A DNA stretch of 63,457 nt, filler included, from Octopus bimaculoides (GCF_001194135.2; 6 parts of 5 records of this genome joined end to end with filler, not necessarily neighbours in it); one strand, 5' to 3'. Positions 46,850-61,207 are shown, counted from the first letter of the whole stretch. Translations and numbers: made by a program. The notes: generated by a model not told the origin, from the sequence alone.

Positions 46850-48036
46850 GAAGCACCTTGAAGAACCACATGGTAAAGTTTAACAAGAAACTACACATGC
46901 AGGTTCAAGGTGCAGTCATTGGTGTCAGTGTGACTGGACATGTGGCCGGCCTCTTTGGACAAACTAGTAATTGCATTGCAGAAACCGAGAGGTACACAAT
47001 GGAGAGCATCCAGCATGTAGCTAACTCCATCCACCAAAGTACCAATGTAACTATAGATTACCCCACTAGGCACCCTAACAAGAGGCTCCCTGTTCTTGAT
47101 ACTATACCTTGGTTAGAGACTGTGAACAACAGAGTGTAAATCTTTCACTCCTATTACATGAAACCTATAGCTTCTAAACATGTTGTTCACAAGAACTCAG
47201 CTTTGTCACACAACAGGAAAATCAACATACTGATAGCAGACCTAGTTAGGATAATGAACAACGTGTCTGCACTATGCGAACCCTAGGAAACAAAGAAACA
47301 TGTACAGAACTTCATGCACCGCATGCAATTCTCTGGATATGATCAGAAAGATAGGGTTCGGGTATACAGGGGTGCTAGAAAGAAGTCAGATAGCATTATA
47401 AGTAATGAAACCAGTGGTACCTGCCCTAGATATAGAACTAAAGACTGGAATAGAATGCAAAGAGTTTGTGACAAAGTAAACAGGTTGAACAAATGGTACA
47501 AGACCGACAAATATCAAGGAGTGATGTCTGTAACGGCCACAACCCGTGGAGAACTAGCCAGTAGATTTAGGAAAGTTCTGAAGGAGGCTAAGCTCAACAT
47601 TAAGATCGTTGAAAAGCAAGTGGGCTCCATCAGATCACATCTATGAAGGGCGTACCTCTATGAGAATACCATATGCACCAATGATAACTGCATGGTATGT
47701 AAGATTAACTCACGCATTAACTGTAGAACTAGAAATGTAGTCTACAGCATAAGGTGCATAGAGAGTGCTTGTAAGGATATGAACATAATATACATGGGTG
47801 AGATATCCTGAAGCATTACAGAGACACTAAATGGACATTTGAGACAGTATGACGACAAAAAAAAAAAACAGTCCACCATACTCTACCAACATGCCAAGGA
47901 CCAACATGGAGGAAAAATGGGTCAACTTGACATCCGCATTCTATCCAAGCACCCGGAGAACCCAACACTCAGACAAATACAAGAGTATGCCCTCATTAAT
48001 AAATCATCCCCAATACTAAATAGGAAATATACATAG
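46850..48036 (+). pseudogene. Penelope-like element, 5'-truncated relative of 25632-27761
   Basis: QGAVIGVSVTGHVAGLF, IDYPTRHPNKRLPVLD, MHRMQFSGY, NVVYSIRC, LRQIQE...PILN; multiple stops. Confidence 0.88.
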
Positions 48037-48265
48037 ATGGTGATATGCCCCAATACACGCAGTTAACATAGTCACAAAAACCCATACACAGGGACACGCA
48101 AACATACACAAAAAAGGAGACAGAGGTACACACACAAATACACACAAACACACAAATATTAACACTGAAGCATATGGATATGCAGAATACATACAAACAA
48201 ACGTGCACACATGTATACATATATAAGCATCACATAGATACATACGTGCAAACATGCACACACGC

Positions 48266-48312
<47 letters not shown>

Positions 48313-48435
48313 NNNNNNNNNNNNNNNNNNNNNNNNNNNNNNNNNNNNNNNNNNNNTTAATTAATTAANNNNNNNNNNNNNNNNNNNNNNNNNNNNNNNN
48401 NNNNNNNNNNNNTATATATACATATATATATACGT

Positions 48436-48488
<53 letters not shown>

Positions 48489-48492
48489 AGGA

Positions 48493-48525
<33 letters not shown>

Positions 48526-50409
48526 TGGTCAGGCAGATAGACGACAGGCAGGCAGATAGACGACAGGCAGGCAGATAGACGACAGGCAGGCAGATAGAGC
48601 CAGAGTGAGAGACATTATGTACGTACATACACACGCGTACACACACGTACGTAAAAATACATGTTGGCAAGGTATGGCCGAATGTTTAAGAATTTCGCAT
48701 GACAATGAGATCTCGGTTTCTATTCTTCTGCATGGCGTTTTGAATAACTGTCATTTTCTATAGCCTCGGATCAATTCGTAGCTTGTCAGCGAAATTGCAT
48801 AGTTGGAAACTACCCAGAATCCTGCTGGATAGAGTGTGCTCAAAGCTTGAAGTTGTCAAACCACAACACTGAATCCATCTGAGACTTACATTAACAGTAC
48901 AAAGTCTGTGGAATACACAGTCACTTCAGACACTAAATCAATAAACATAATAATTTAGTTATTCATACAATTAAAAACTCACAGTCGGAAATTCTGACCG
49001 AGATCTTCCTACAAAATGCAGTCGCTATTACCAACTCGTTTAATTTATCTTGAAACGAAGATAATTTCACTAATTCAATAATTTATCTTGTGTAGTATTT
49101 CTTGAGATTAAAAGAGAAACAAAACATAAATTTTGCGTAAACTTCATAATTTGATTGTGTTCAACAGCCGTTTCAATGGCATAAAACATCACTATTTATA
49201 TAAGTACGAGATTAAAATACATAATTGTATACATATACATATGTGTGTATGTTTGTGTGTGTGCGTGTGTGTGTGTATATATGCGCATATATATATATAT
49301 ATATANNNNNNNNNNNNNNNNNNNNNNNNNNNNNNNNNNNNNNNNNNNNNNNNNNNNNNNNNNNNNNNNNNNNNNNNNNNNNNNNNNNNNNNNNNNNNNN
49401 NNNNNNNNNNNNNNNNNNNNNNNNNNNNNNNNNNNNNNNNNNNNNNNNNNNNNNNNNNNNNNNNNNNNNNNNNNNNNNNNNNNNNNNNNNNNNNNNNNNN
49501 NNNNNNNNNNNNNNNNNNNNNNNNNNNNNNNNNNNNNNNNNNNNNNNNNNNNNNNNNNNNNNNNNNNNNNNNNNNNNNNNNNNNNNNNNNNNNNNNNNNN
49601 NNNNNNNNNNNNNNNNNNNNNNNNNNNNNNNNNNNNNNNNNNNNNNNNNNNNNNNNNNNNNNNNNNNNNNNNNNNNNNNNNNNNNNNNNNNNNNNNNNNN
49701 NNNNNNNNNNNNNNNNNNNNNNNNNNNNNNNNNNNNNNNNNNNNNNNNNNNNNNNNNNNNNNNNNNNNNNNNNNNNNNNNNNNNNNNNNNNNNNNNNNNN
49801 NNNNNNNNNNNNNNNNNNNNNNNNNNNNNNNNNNNNNNNNNNNNNNNNNNNNNNNNNNNNNNNNNNNNNNNNNNNNNNNNNNNNNNNNNNNNNNNNNNNN
49901 NNNNNNNNNNNNNNNNNNNNNNNNNNNNNNNNNNNNNNNNNNNNNNNNNNNNNNNNNNNNNNNNNNNNNNNNNNNNNNNNNNNNNNNNNNNNNNNNNNNN
50001 NNNNNNNNNNNNNNNNNNNNNNNNNNNNNNNNNNNNNNNNNNNNNNNNNNNNNNNNNNNNNNNNNNNNNNNNNNNNNNNNNNNNNNNNNNNNNNNNNNNN
50101 NNNNNNNNNNNNNNNNNNNNNNNNNNNNNNNNNNNNNNNNNNNNNNNNNNNNNNNNNNNNNNNNNNNNNNNNNNNNNNNNNNNNNNNNNNNNNNNNNNNN
50201 NNNNNNNNNNNNNNAGATCGATTATATCGAACCTAGTGTTCATCTGGTACTTATTCTATCGACCCAGAAAAGATGACACGAAAAGTCGATCCGGCGTGCT
50301 AACGATTCTGCCAGTTAGCCGCCTTAAAGACAGCATAAATATCGCTAAGTATTTTTTCCCAGCACTCTAACGATTCAACCAGCTCACTTATTTAGTATGC
50401 AAAAATATT

Positions 50410-50619
50410 CTTTTCTACTCTAGGCACAAGCACCGAAATTTGTGGGGAGGGGGCCAGTCAAATAGATCGACCCCAGTACGTAACTGGTACTTAATTCATC
50501 GACCCTGAAAGGATGAAAGGCTAAGTCGACCTCCGAGGTTTGAACTCAAAACGTAAAGACAAACGAAATGCCGCTAAGCATTTCGTCCGGCGTGCTAACA
50601 TTTCTGCCAGCTCGCTGCC
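50410..50619 (-). mobile_element. tRNA-derived SINE family D with ~18-bp TSD, plus adjacent degraded D copies (50215-50390)
   Basis: Head GGCAGCGAGCTGGCAGAAATGTTAGCAC, B box GAGTTCAAAC. TTAGTATGCAAAAATATT at 50392-50409 and 50620-50637. Confidence 0.85.
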
Positions 50620-50884
50620 TTAGTATGCAAAAATATTGCAATATGCTAATGTATGGGTGCACATAATTGTGCAAATATACATGTGAAAGCGCGTTTGACT
50701 TGTATAAACATTTGAACAGACATAAATGTGCACACATCTGAAGAGAAATGCGTGTACTTTTGCGTATACACATGTGCATATCTACATGCTTTTGAGTATA
50801 TACGTTTGTACACACAGGACTATACATATGTCTGAACTTTTCAGTGTAGATGTGTGTACACAAATTTGACTATATAAATATACT

Positions 50885-50934
<50 letters not shown>

Positions 50935-51844
50935 GTTACGTAATTGGTAGGGCAGTTCCTCCAACAACTGCTGACAAAAAAAAAACACAATTTCAAAATT
51001 TTGACACCTAAAAATATCGTCCCCAACCCACCAGCGATCTGACTGTTGCAAAAAATATCCACGTTCTCTTCTGGGTGTCATTGGAATCCTATGCAGCTGT
51101 AACCTCTTCATCCATGCAGCTACCATTTTATTCTCGGACTCACCCTGAGTTTGCTTTCTGCTTCCTTCTCCAGTTCACCAATNNNNNNNNNNNNNNNNNN
51201 NNNNNNNNNNNNNNNNNNNNNNNNNNNNNNNNNNNNNNNNNNNNNNNNNNNNNNNNNNNNNNNNNNNNNNNNNNNNNNNNNNNNNNNNNNNNNNNNNNNN
51301 NNNNNNNNNNNNNNNNNNNNNNNNNNNNNNNNNNNNNNNNNNNNNNNNNNNNNNNNNNNNNNNNNNNNNNNNNNNNNNNNNNNNNNNNNNNNNNNNNNNN
51401 NNNNNNNNNNNNNNNNNNNNNNNNNNNNNNNNNNNNNNNNNNNNNNNNNNNNNNNNNNNNNNNNNNNNNNNNNNNNNNNNNNNNNNNNNNNNNNNNNNNN
51501 NNNNNNNNNNNNNNNNNNNNNNNNNNNNNNNNNNNNNNNNNNNNNNNNNNNNNNNNNNNNNNNNNNNNNNNNNNNNNNNNNNNNNNNNNNNNNNNNNNNN
51601 NNNNNNNNNNNNNNNNNNNNNNNNNNNNNNNNNNNNNNNNNNNNNNNNNNNNNNNNNNNNNNNNNNNNNNNNNNNNNNNNNNNNNNNNNNNNNNNNNNNN
51701 NNNNNNNNNNNNNNNNNNNNNNNNNNNNNNNNNNNNNNNNNNNNNNNNNNNNNNNNNNNNNNNNNNNNNNNNNNNNNNNNNNNNNNNNNNNNNNNNNNNN
51801 NNNNNNNNNNNNNNNNNNNNNNNNNNNNNNNNNNNNNAGAGAGA

Positions 51845-52005
51845 GACGACGGGCTTCTTTCAATTTCCGTCTACCAAAGCAACTCACAAGGCTTTGGTCG
51901 GCCCGAGGCTATAGAAGACACTTGCCCAAGGTGTCATGCAGTGGGACTGAACCCAGAACCGTATGGTTGGGAAGCAAGCTTCTTACCACACAGCCATGCC
52001 TGCGC
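51845..52005 (-). mobile_element. SINE family C 5' half
   Basis: Intact head GGCATGGCTGTGTGGTAAGAAGCTTGC...GGTTCAGTCCC. Confidence 0.85.
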
Positions 52006-52056
52006 CTACACATATAAGATACATACATACATACATACATACATACATACATACAG

Positions 52057-53130
52057 TGCAGACGGCCTTCAAATGCGGTATGGTATCACTCAGGCAGCAT
52101 CTACTAAACAACAGCAGCAAAAATAAATATATAAATGCAGTCCTGAAAAGTGAAGTGAGCAACATTGTACGAGTTGACAGCGAACTCCTCAAGAAACCCT
52201 CTCTTCCTAGTGAGCTCCTATACAGCCCCAAAACAGCTGAGGTCTCTTACCTTAGAAAAGACCTGGATGGAAAGCACTCAGCATACAAAAAAAAAAAAAG
52301 AAGATCCTGCATGAGTATATTGCCCGGAAACTTGAAGAAAACAGTAGAATTGACACGAAGTGCAGCCTCTCTTGGATGCAAAACCACTACATCACATCAC
52401 ACTTTGAAGGCCATGCATTTGCAATCCAGGAACAGAAGATTGCCACAAAGTACCTGGGGAATAAGAGAGATAGTGAGTGACACACTTGTAATCCCAAGAT
52501 GCTATGTCATGTGTTTGTGGAAGACATTACGCATGTGATTAGCAGCTGTCCTAAAATGTTGTCACGGTACTACCTCCCTATGCGGCACGATGTTGCTGCT
52601 AAAGCAATTTACAATGCCATCCGCAAAAAAGACTGTTCTGAAATAAACTTAGAAAACCCCACTGTTTTAGATTACATTCATAAACACCAACTCTAGGAAT
52701 ACTAGTGGAATATTCCCATCAAAACTTCTATCAAATGTAAGCATAAGAGGCCGGATATTATTGTTTGGGACAGAGGGGCAAAGGTATGCACCATCATAGA
52801 GGTCAGCTGCTCTGCAGATATAAATATCTTTTTGAAAATCAAAGAAAAAGGGGATATCTATGGACAACTGTTTCAAAACCTCCAGACTATATCCAAACTC
52901 TGAATTCATAATAATTGGAGCACTAATAATTGGAGCTATAATAATTGGAGCACTAGACTTTGTTAGTAAATGTTTAAAGGAGAATCTGGATAAACTGGGA
53001 TTTTCAAAAAGAGAAATTGACCGGCTGATTTATACATTACAAGTTCAACCTGTGAGTGGAACAAGTTCCAAATGTCAATTTGTCTGTGTTAACTATATCC
53101 CAAAGATGGAGTCTTGTATCTTTGTTGGAA
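52057..53130 (+). pseudogene. R4/Dong-like non-LTR retrotransposon C-terminus (CCHC + RLE endonuclease)
   Basis: EDITHVISSCPKM...RHD.AA; W.IPIKT...RPDIIVWDR...IIEVSC..D...KEK; IIIGAL. Typical restriction-like endonuclease region. Confidence 0.8.
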
Positions 53131-53305
53131 ACCGGCTCCCACCTCAGTGGAAGATTTATAATAATTAAAAAATAAGAGACATACATACATAGGATTTTCA
53201 AATATNNNNNNNNNNNNNNNNNNNNNNNNNNNNNNNNNNNNNNNNNNNNTTAATTAATTAANNNNNNNNNNNNNNNNNNNNNNNNNNNNNNNNNNNNNNN
53301 NNNNN

Positions 53306-53353
<48 letters not shown>

Positions 53354-53424
53354 AGAGTAAGCTCATAAATGCGAAAGAAGGTGGAAAAAATAGTACTCGA
53401 ATACTAGAGGTAGAGTAATATGCT

Positions 53425-53580
53425 TTCTTAAAAAGCAGCAAAAATATTACCAAAAATATTACTAAGAGTTACACGTTCCCGTTCGTCGGATCGTTTTGTT
53501 TTTCTAAACAAAACTGTCCGACGAACGGGAACGTGAAATTCTGAGTAATAGTTTTCGTGATATTTTTGCTGCTTTTTAAT
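53425..53580. repeat. Palindromic PLE-terminus-like element
   Basis: Nested stems aaaaagcagcaaaaatat/atatttttgctgcttttt, cacgttcccgttcgtcgga/tccgacgaacgggaacgtg and gttttgttt/aaacaaaac. Confidence 0.85.
53510..53555 (+). ncRNA. Minimal type I hammerhead ribozyme-like motif
   Basis: Stem I AAAACTGT/ATAGTTTT; core CCGACGA; stem II ACG-GGAA-CGT; GAAA; very short stem III; GTA cleavage triplet (53545-53547). Confidence 0.5.
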
Positions 53581-54041
53581 AAAGTACATATATAGACCCA
53601 TGCATATTAATGTTTACTTTTATGTCAAGTTATAATGAAAATTTGACTTATACATTGAACATCTCAAGCATTTTTGTACATTATGCTTAAAAAGTTTACT
53701 TGTGACAGAGACCTCGAAGTATAAATACATACGTACATTTATATGCATGCATAAACACACACACACACATACACACACACATATACACTTTATTATATGC
53801 TTCACTGCACGACACGATAGAATACGAATTAGGACTAAAGAATCAAACCACATTAAACTCATTTATTCCGTTACGGCACACTTATGAATAAATGAAGTCC
53901 GATTACATTTGGATTTAGGCTATAACGAATAAAAACCTCATAAAACTGAAGTTATCGCAAATGGCTTTATATATATATATATATAATTTTATAATTATAG
54001 AATTATGGAATATAAAATTAATGAGACGATTACACATACAA

Positions 54042-54107
<66 letters not shown>

Positions 54108-54238
54108 GCATTTATATGTATGTGTGTATAGTTTGGGGTGTTTGCTGGAAAAAAAATTCCATGCTTCACCACAAATGACTTGGGAATTAGAAAATTTTCA
54201 AAGCTCTTCGACGCCATCACCTACACACACATACGCGC

Positions 54239-54297
<59 letters not shown>

Positions 54298-54614
54298 CGC
54301 ACGCACGCACAAAAGTCCACAAGTTTAGAATCCTGCACTAATGTGTTCAGATATGAGTGTCCTTGAATCAGAAGTGAAGTGTCATCGTACCGAAAAGGAG
54401 ATTATCTGCATAGATAAGATTATAGATGTCTAGAATAGGAATTAATCTCATTTACGACGGCAACGCTATAATTAACAAAAAAAAAAAACACTGTATGGAA
54501 GGAAATAACAGTCAGAACAATGTCACCCAGCTCATGTTTGCGTATTACCCCCTTCACGTCTGCCGTGTACCGGTGTTTACTTCCGAGTCAGTGGTGTGAA
54601 GTGGATGACAAATA

Positions 54615-54932
54615 GGGTAGAACCTCGGTTTATGGACGTATTGCATAACGAACAACTCGGTTTGCGTACAATTTTCTGAATAAAAAACGTCTTGAGAGAC
54701 AAACGGTGTCTCGAGTAACGAACACGCAAGTCGGCAAAAAAACGGTTGAGTGACAAGATGGAAGTATCAACGAGAGAGTGTCAAATGTTGACTAGCTTTC
54801 AGTTAGTGCATATCTCTGCTCGATTTCACCATGCCTTCTTTTGAATTTCCCACAGGCTCAGTTTACGAGTTCAGTTTCGGGTGATAGACGGACTTCAGGA
54901 ACGAATTTCATTCGTAGACCGAGGTTCTGCTG
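54615..54932. mobile_element. Tigger/pogo-like MITE
   Basis: TA|gggtagaacctcggtt ... gaccgaggttctgctg|TA. Confidence 0.65.
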
Positions 54933-55091
54933 TATACATATATATATATATATGCATGCATACATAAACTAGTGTGGTGGAATCCAACACTCTCCAAGCG
55001 TTAGTCATAAAGTTGTGTTGTGTGTATGTTATGCATCTATACGCGTACATGTATATACATACATACATACAGACAGACAGACAGACAAACA

Positions 55092-55133
<42 letters not shown>

Positions 55134-55685
55134 NNNNNNNNNNNNNNNNNNNNNNNNNNNNNNNNNNNNNNNNNNNNNNNNNNNNNNNNNNNNNNNNNNN
55201 NNNNNNNNNNNNNNNNNNNNNNNNNNNNNNNNNNNNNNNNNNNNNNNNNNNNNNNNNNNNNNNNNNNNNNNNNNNNNNNNNNNNNNNNNNNNNNNNNNNN
55301 NNNNNNNNNNNNNNNNNNNNNNNNNNNNNNNNNNNNNNNNNNNNNNNNNNNNNNNNNNNNNNNNNNNNNNNNNNNNNNNNNNNNNNNNNNNNNNNNNNNN
55401 NNNNNNNNNNNNNNNNNNNNNNNNNNNNNNNNNNNNNNNNNNNNNNNNNNNNNNNNNNNNNNNNNNNNNNNNNNNNNNNNNNNNNNNNNNNNNNNNNNNN
55501 NNNNNNNNNNNNNNNNNNNNNNNNNNNNNNNNNNNNNNNNNNNNNNNNNNNNNNNNNNNNNNNNNNNNNNNNTATATATATATATATATTATTTTTCTTT
55601 CCTTTCCCGAGCGTCTAGTAACACAATCTGTATCACGTCCTCACGTTGTTGTTTTTTGTCTTTTTCTTTTTTGGAACTTATATAC

Positions 55686-55720
<35 letters not shown>

Positions 55721-55724
55721 TACA

Positions 55725-56030
55725 TAATGGACTTTCCCGTCGAAGACGATATATGAGCGTTCAGGTTCTACCGAACGACCTGCACAAATGATTTGTTTAT
55801 ATATAGTGATGAAATGTTGTTCGTGCCGCGCATTAGCGCACTCTCTCCATCAAATCGACATTGTCTGAACAGGTGCCGCGTTGTGCCACGCGTCAGGTGT
55901 CGAAGTGGTCGCAGAGCAATGTGAGATGAAGTGTTTTGCTCCAAGAATACAACGCACCACCCGGTCTAGGAATTGAAAACACGATCGCGCGATCGTGAGT
56001 ACATCACTCTAAGCACTAAGCCATACCCTC
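55725..56030 (-). mobile_element. tRNA-derived SINE family E
   Basis: Minus-strand head TGGCTTAGTGC...TTTTCAATTCC, followed by a ttcttggagcaaaacacttcatctcacattgctc core-type box. Confidence 0.7.
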
Positions 56031-56159
56031 TCACACAATCACTCACTCACTCTCTCCCTCCCCTCTCTCTCTCTCTCTCTCTTGATATATATATATATAT
56101 ATATCAAGAGAGTGTGTGTGTGTGTGTGTGTGCGTGTTTGTGTGTGTCTAGTATATTCT

Positions 56160-56530
56160 TCTTCTTTTACTCTTTTATTTGTTTCAGTCATTTGACTGTG
56201 GCCATGCTGGAGCACCGCCTTTAGTCGAAACAAATCGACCCCAGGACTTATTCTTTGTAAACCTAGTACTTATTCTATCTATCCCTTTTGCCGAACCGCT
56301 AAGTTACGGAGACGTAAACACACCAGCATCGGTTGTCAAGCGATGTCAAGCGATGGGGGTGGGGACAAACACAGACCTAGAAACATATATATATATATAT
56401 ATACATATTACGATGGGCTTCTTTCAGTTTCCGTCTACCAAATCCACTCACAAGGTACCACGTAGTGGGACTGAACCCGTAACCATGTGGTTGGTAAGCA
56501 AGCTACTTACCACACAACCACTCCTGCGCA
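56160..56530 (-). mobile_element. SINE family C
   Basis: Near full length; homologous to the other C copies. Confidence 0.85.
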
Positions 56531-56970
56531 TACTTATATATGATATAAATACATATGTATATATTTATTTATACAGCCAGTCGACAAAAGGTGTTAGCTT
56601 GCCCGTAGAGAATAAAATAACAGGACACTATACAAACATGCATAAACACACAGACACACATACACTCATACACTTACGCACATATGTAGGTGAAGTGGTT
56701 ACTTCTCAGTCAACAGATTAGCTCTACCATTGAAGCTATCCCCTAATTCGTGTTATGTAAGTTATTTAAAGCATTGTAATGTTTTGGGGCTAGTGAGAGA
56801 GAAGGGGAGGTTATATAAAAACAAACGTTAGGCATGTAATAATATATCAATTGAAACAGGATCTCTGAGGGCTGTTGTTGCTAATAGGTAATAGCTACAT
56901 CTGAAAAGAAGGAATAAAGAAACGGGGGTGGGAGAGAGGGTATTGGAGGATAAGGAGGAGAGGTGAGAAA

Positions 56971-57032
56971 GAGAAGAAGAAGAAGAAGAAGAAGAAGAAG
57001 AAGAAGAAGAAGAAGAAGAAGAAGAAGAAGAA
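56971..57032. repeat. (GAA)n trinucleotide tract
   Basis: Seen directly. Confidence 0.95.
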
Positions 57033-59448
57033 CATCAGTGAAAAACCTTTAAAAACAGGAGCACCAACAATAGTAACAAGGAATTATAAGATTGGCACAG
57101 GGCCAGAAAATTAAGGGCTGGGGTTATTGCCAAGTGAATCAACCCCCTGTGCTTAAATGGTATTTCTGCAATGGACCCAGAAATGGTTAGAGGCAAAGTA
57201 CGTGCACGGCATTTGAACTCAGAATGCAAAGCGACGTAAAGTAAACATTACAACACAAGGTTTTTTTTTTTTTTTTTTTTTATCCGATGCTCTATCGGTT
57301 ATTCTAATCACCACCGTTAACCAACGGTAGAGCATCTACGTGGTTCATTGGTTTGCTAGAAATAGTAGTCAAACATCCCTTCGATCAGATCCTATCGCCT
57401 TCAAAATGGGTGGAGGGTATACATTCTTGTATTTCTTTTGTTAATTTACTGACATTGGACTGCTGTTATACAGGAGCATCGTCTTGAAGTGTTTGTCGAT
57501 GAAATTGGCTGCACAGAAAATTTTAAATAATAATGGTTTCAAATTTTGCCGCAAGGGCGGCCATTTTGGAGGAGAGGATGAGTCGATTACATCGACCCCA
57601 GTTTTCAACTGGTACTTAATTTATCGACCTCAGGAGAATTTGAACTGAGGACGTAGCGTCGTGTGAAATATCACCNNNNNNNNNNNNNNNNNNNNNNNNN
57701 NNNNNNNNNNNNNNNNNNNNNNNNNNNNNNNNNNNNNNNNNNNNNNNNNNNNNNNNNNNNNNNNNNNNNNNNNNNNNNNNNNNNNNNNNNNNNNNNNNNN
57801 NNNNNNNNNNNNNNNNNNNNNNNNNNNNNNNNNNNNNNNNNNNNNNNNNNNNNNNNNNNNNNNNNNNNNNNNNNNNNNNNNNNNNNNNNNNNNNNNNNNN
57901 NNNNNNNNNNNNNNNNNNNNNNNNNNNNNNNNNNNNNNNNNNNNNNNNNNNNNNNNNNTATATACTATTTTATCGATATAGTAGGTAGATTGTTACATAC
58001 CATTGAACAGATTCTGACTTCCGTGGTCATCATCCTGCTGTCTATATCAACTGGCACCCTTTTGGAGCTATAATAGAAGAGTAGGGGATATACAAATATG
58101 TATATATATATATATATTTATATATAAATTGGAGCGAGACAAGCTCGTTCCAACAGTGAATCATGAGAACGCCAGATGCATTTCCACCTCCTTGTGCCTC
58201 ATCAATGATGTGTACTCGCTTGTCACCTACCTAGGCGAAAGCTGTACCATCTGATAGATAGGAAATAGTGAATTATACTTTCACTGATATTGCGGAAAGC
58301 GGCCGGGCTGAATAAAATTTCTGACTATGCAATTGAAGCAGCATGCTTTTCACAATAGTACGCCATATCTAAAAGAAATTTTTCTATCGAACGAATCCCA
58401 CAGAATTATGCCTTTCAATGTTAAATATAATACATACTATTCGAATTTAATGCTGTTTCAATTGCATACACAGAGATCTCTACACAGTTTTCTCCCAGAT
58501 ATTGTAGTGTGCCTTTAAATTATTTCATTTCCACGTTCACCTCAGTAAAAAAGATATTTCCAAATCCCTGAAGTCTAGTTGTCCCTAAGGTTGCTTTACT
58601 TATGTGCCCATATAATTTTTAAAATTTTAATATATGATCATTTCGGAGTGATTAGGCTGCTATTTCTAACAGGCTGAGTGATCGCATAATGGTTCCTTCG
58701 CAGTAGGCAACAGAGCAATTTTATAAATCAGTAAAATTATTTTTGACAGCGAATTGGCAGAATCGTAAGAGCGTAGGACAAAATGTCTCATATTATTTGT
58801 TCCGCCTCTCTCTCTCCGCTGTGAGTTCAATGCCCGCCGAGGTTAGTTTTGACGTATATCGATTAAGGGTCGATAAAATAAAGTATCATTTCTGTGTGGT
58901 GCTTTAGTGGAATTGCTCAAGTGTCTTTCGAAATGTCTTGTGGCGTTTGCTGTAGCCATTTGCGTTCTTAGTTCTTGGTTGGTAGATTTAATCCGTCTCC
59001 ATATCTAACATCACCACATGGCCATACGTGTCTTTAGAGGAGTCCATTCTGTAGTAAGCATTCGCGCCAGTGCTCCGTTTTGAGAATAACCTAATGCGTC
59101 CTACCCTTGCTTCAGGTTGACCATCTTCAAGTATACATATGATGAAAGACACACCGACCGTCACCATACCATCTTCTGTGTTATTGTATCTTAGACTTCA
59201 CGAAACCCAAATAACGATTTTATAAAGGAGTAAGCTGTGTGGCCTGAGGAAGATTTAACTGTTATCTCTTGCAGGTCGAGGGCCGAGGGTCACGTAGAGA
59301 GGGGCCTTCATCATCTAGTTAAATGTCGGATATATATATATCTGCGTCGACAATGCTATCGGATGTAATATAACGCTGGTACTGACGAGCTTCCAATTCT
59401 TTCTCTATCACATTCTTTTTCAACTTGTCCCAAATCGTCTTCACATTG

Positions 59449-59497
<49 letters not shown>

Positions 59498-61207
59498 ATA
59501 TAATATATAATGAATGTGACAAAAGCACGATCCCTTGTTTTTTTTTTCTAGGAATCAATAAACAAATTATTTGTTGACGAGTGCTGATGCTTGTCAAACG
59601 GATAATAATTCATAGAGCGCACGTGGCACAGCGGTAATCCAAGCAATAACGTATCCATTCATTTTTAATTCGTTCTTATCAGATTCATCGGTCCGACGAG
59701 GTAGCTTTGACTGCTGAGAGACACAACGAGGTCGAAATATAGCGGTATCTCAGAGCCTCCCTGCAACGGTGAATTGCGTGTGTTGTGAACATATATCGTC
59801 TAAAATGAGGAGGTGTACTCCGGTGACGAAAACCAAAAGCTATCGGCTATTCGCGTTCGAATTCTCCAGAACATATTAAAAAAGGATAGATACGTTAAAA
59901 ATAGTAAAGCTTCCGGATAAAGCAAAACACATTTTTTTGTTGTTGTTTATCTCACTTCCGTTTCCCCTATACAATAACTAACAATTCCGCAAATCCATTT
60001 GTTTCGATTTAATTTTATTCTTGTAAATGTTTAATAAAATATCTCAATTGCTAATACTAACAATTTCTGATTACAGGTTACCTAAATAAAGACACGACTC
60101 AATGTTTAACTAGAAGATAACAGGGGATCCCCTCTACGTGGTCGCACAACCTGTTAGTCATAGCAATTAAAACTTCCTCGAATAACACCTTAAGGAAAAT
60201 AAAGGATTGTTTGGTTTCGTGTAGTCAGAGATAAACTAAGACCTAAGAAGGGATAGTGTTGACTGGCGTATCTTCCATTATAGTTATGCATGTTGAAGCC
60301 TGATCTGAAGCAAGGGTGGGGACACATTGGATAATGTAGTCTTAGATTATGTCAATACATAAACAAATAAAAATGTTTGTCGAGGCTATAACATTTTTGT
60401 CCATAGAGCTGCTGGATCGGGGCTGACCTGATGCTAAACTATAACAACAGCAGCAACAACAACGACAACAACAATAGCAACAACAACGACGACGACAAAT
60501 ACATTAAGCAGTATAATCCTATATGCACTGTGTCTGATAAAAGAAGGAATGAGCAGAACTGGAACACTTTTGGTTATAGGTCTGCTGGAGGGGAACTGAC
60601 CTGTGGCTATACAACAACATTCGTCTTCGTAGAGTGTTCGGGTTAGGGTCACCACCGCACCGCTACGACACCTCCCCCCCTCCCACGCCGCCAAGAGCTG
60701 CGATACCATTCTTTAAGACGAAGACATTGCGAATTGAATTGAGAGAGATTTTGGTAGCTATTTCTAACAGGTCGAGTAAACTCGTTGGCTCGCGTGCGGC
60801 TGTGGCTCATTTTTGTCATAAGGATAATGTTGNNNNNNNNNNNNNNNNNNNNNNNNNNNNNNNNNNNNNNNNNNNNNNNNNNNNNNNNNNNNNNNNNNNN
60901 NNNNNNNNNNNNNNNNNNNNNNNNNNNNNNNNNNNNNNNNNNNNNNNNNNNNNNNNNNNNNNNNNNNNNNNNNNNNNNNNNNNNNNNNNNNNNNNNNNNN
61001 NNNNNNNNNNNNNNNNNNNNNNNNNNNNNNNNNNNNNNNNNNNNNNNNNNNNNNNNNNNNNNNNNNNNNNNNNNNNNNNNNNNNNNNNNNNNNNNNNNNN
61101 NNNNNNNNNNNNNNNNNNNNNNNNNNNNNNNNNNNNNNNNNNNNNNNNNNNNNNNNNNNNNNNNNNNNNNNNNNNNNNNNNNNNNNNNNNNNNNNNNNNN
61201 NNNNNNN

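Noticed and set aside
50940-51182. Possible LINE ORF fragment (KEAESKLRVSPRIKW...)
   Set aside because: Too short and without a diagnostic motif; cut by a gap.
58130-58235. Minus-strand peptide IIDEAQGGGNASGVLMIHCWN resembling a dual-specificity phosphatase motif
   Set aside because: Lacks the CX5R arginine and has no convincing splice context.
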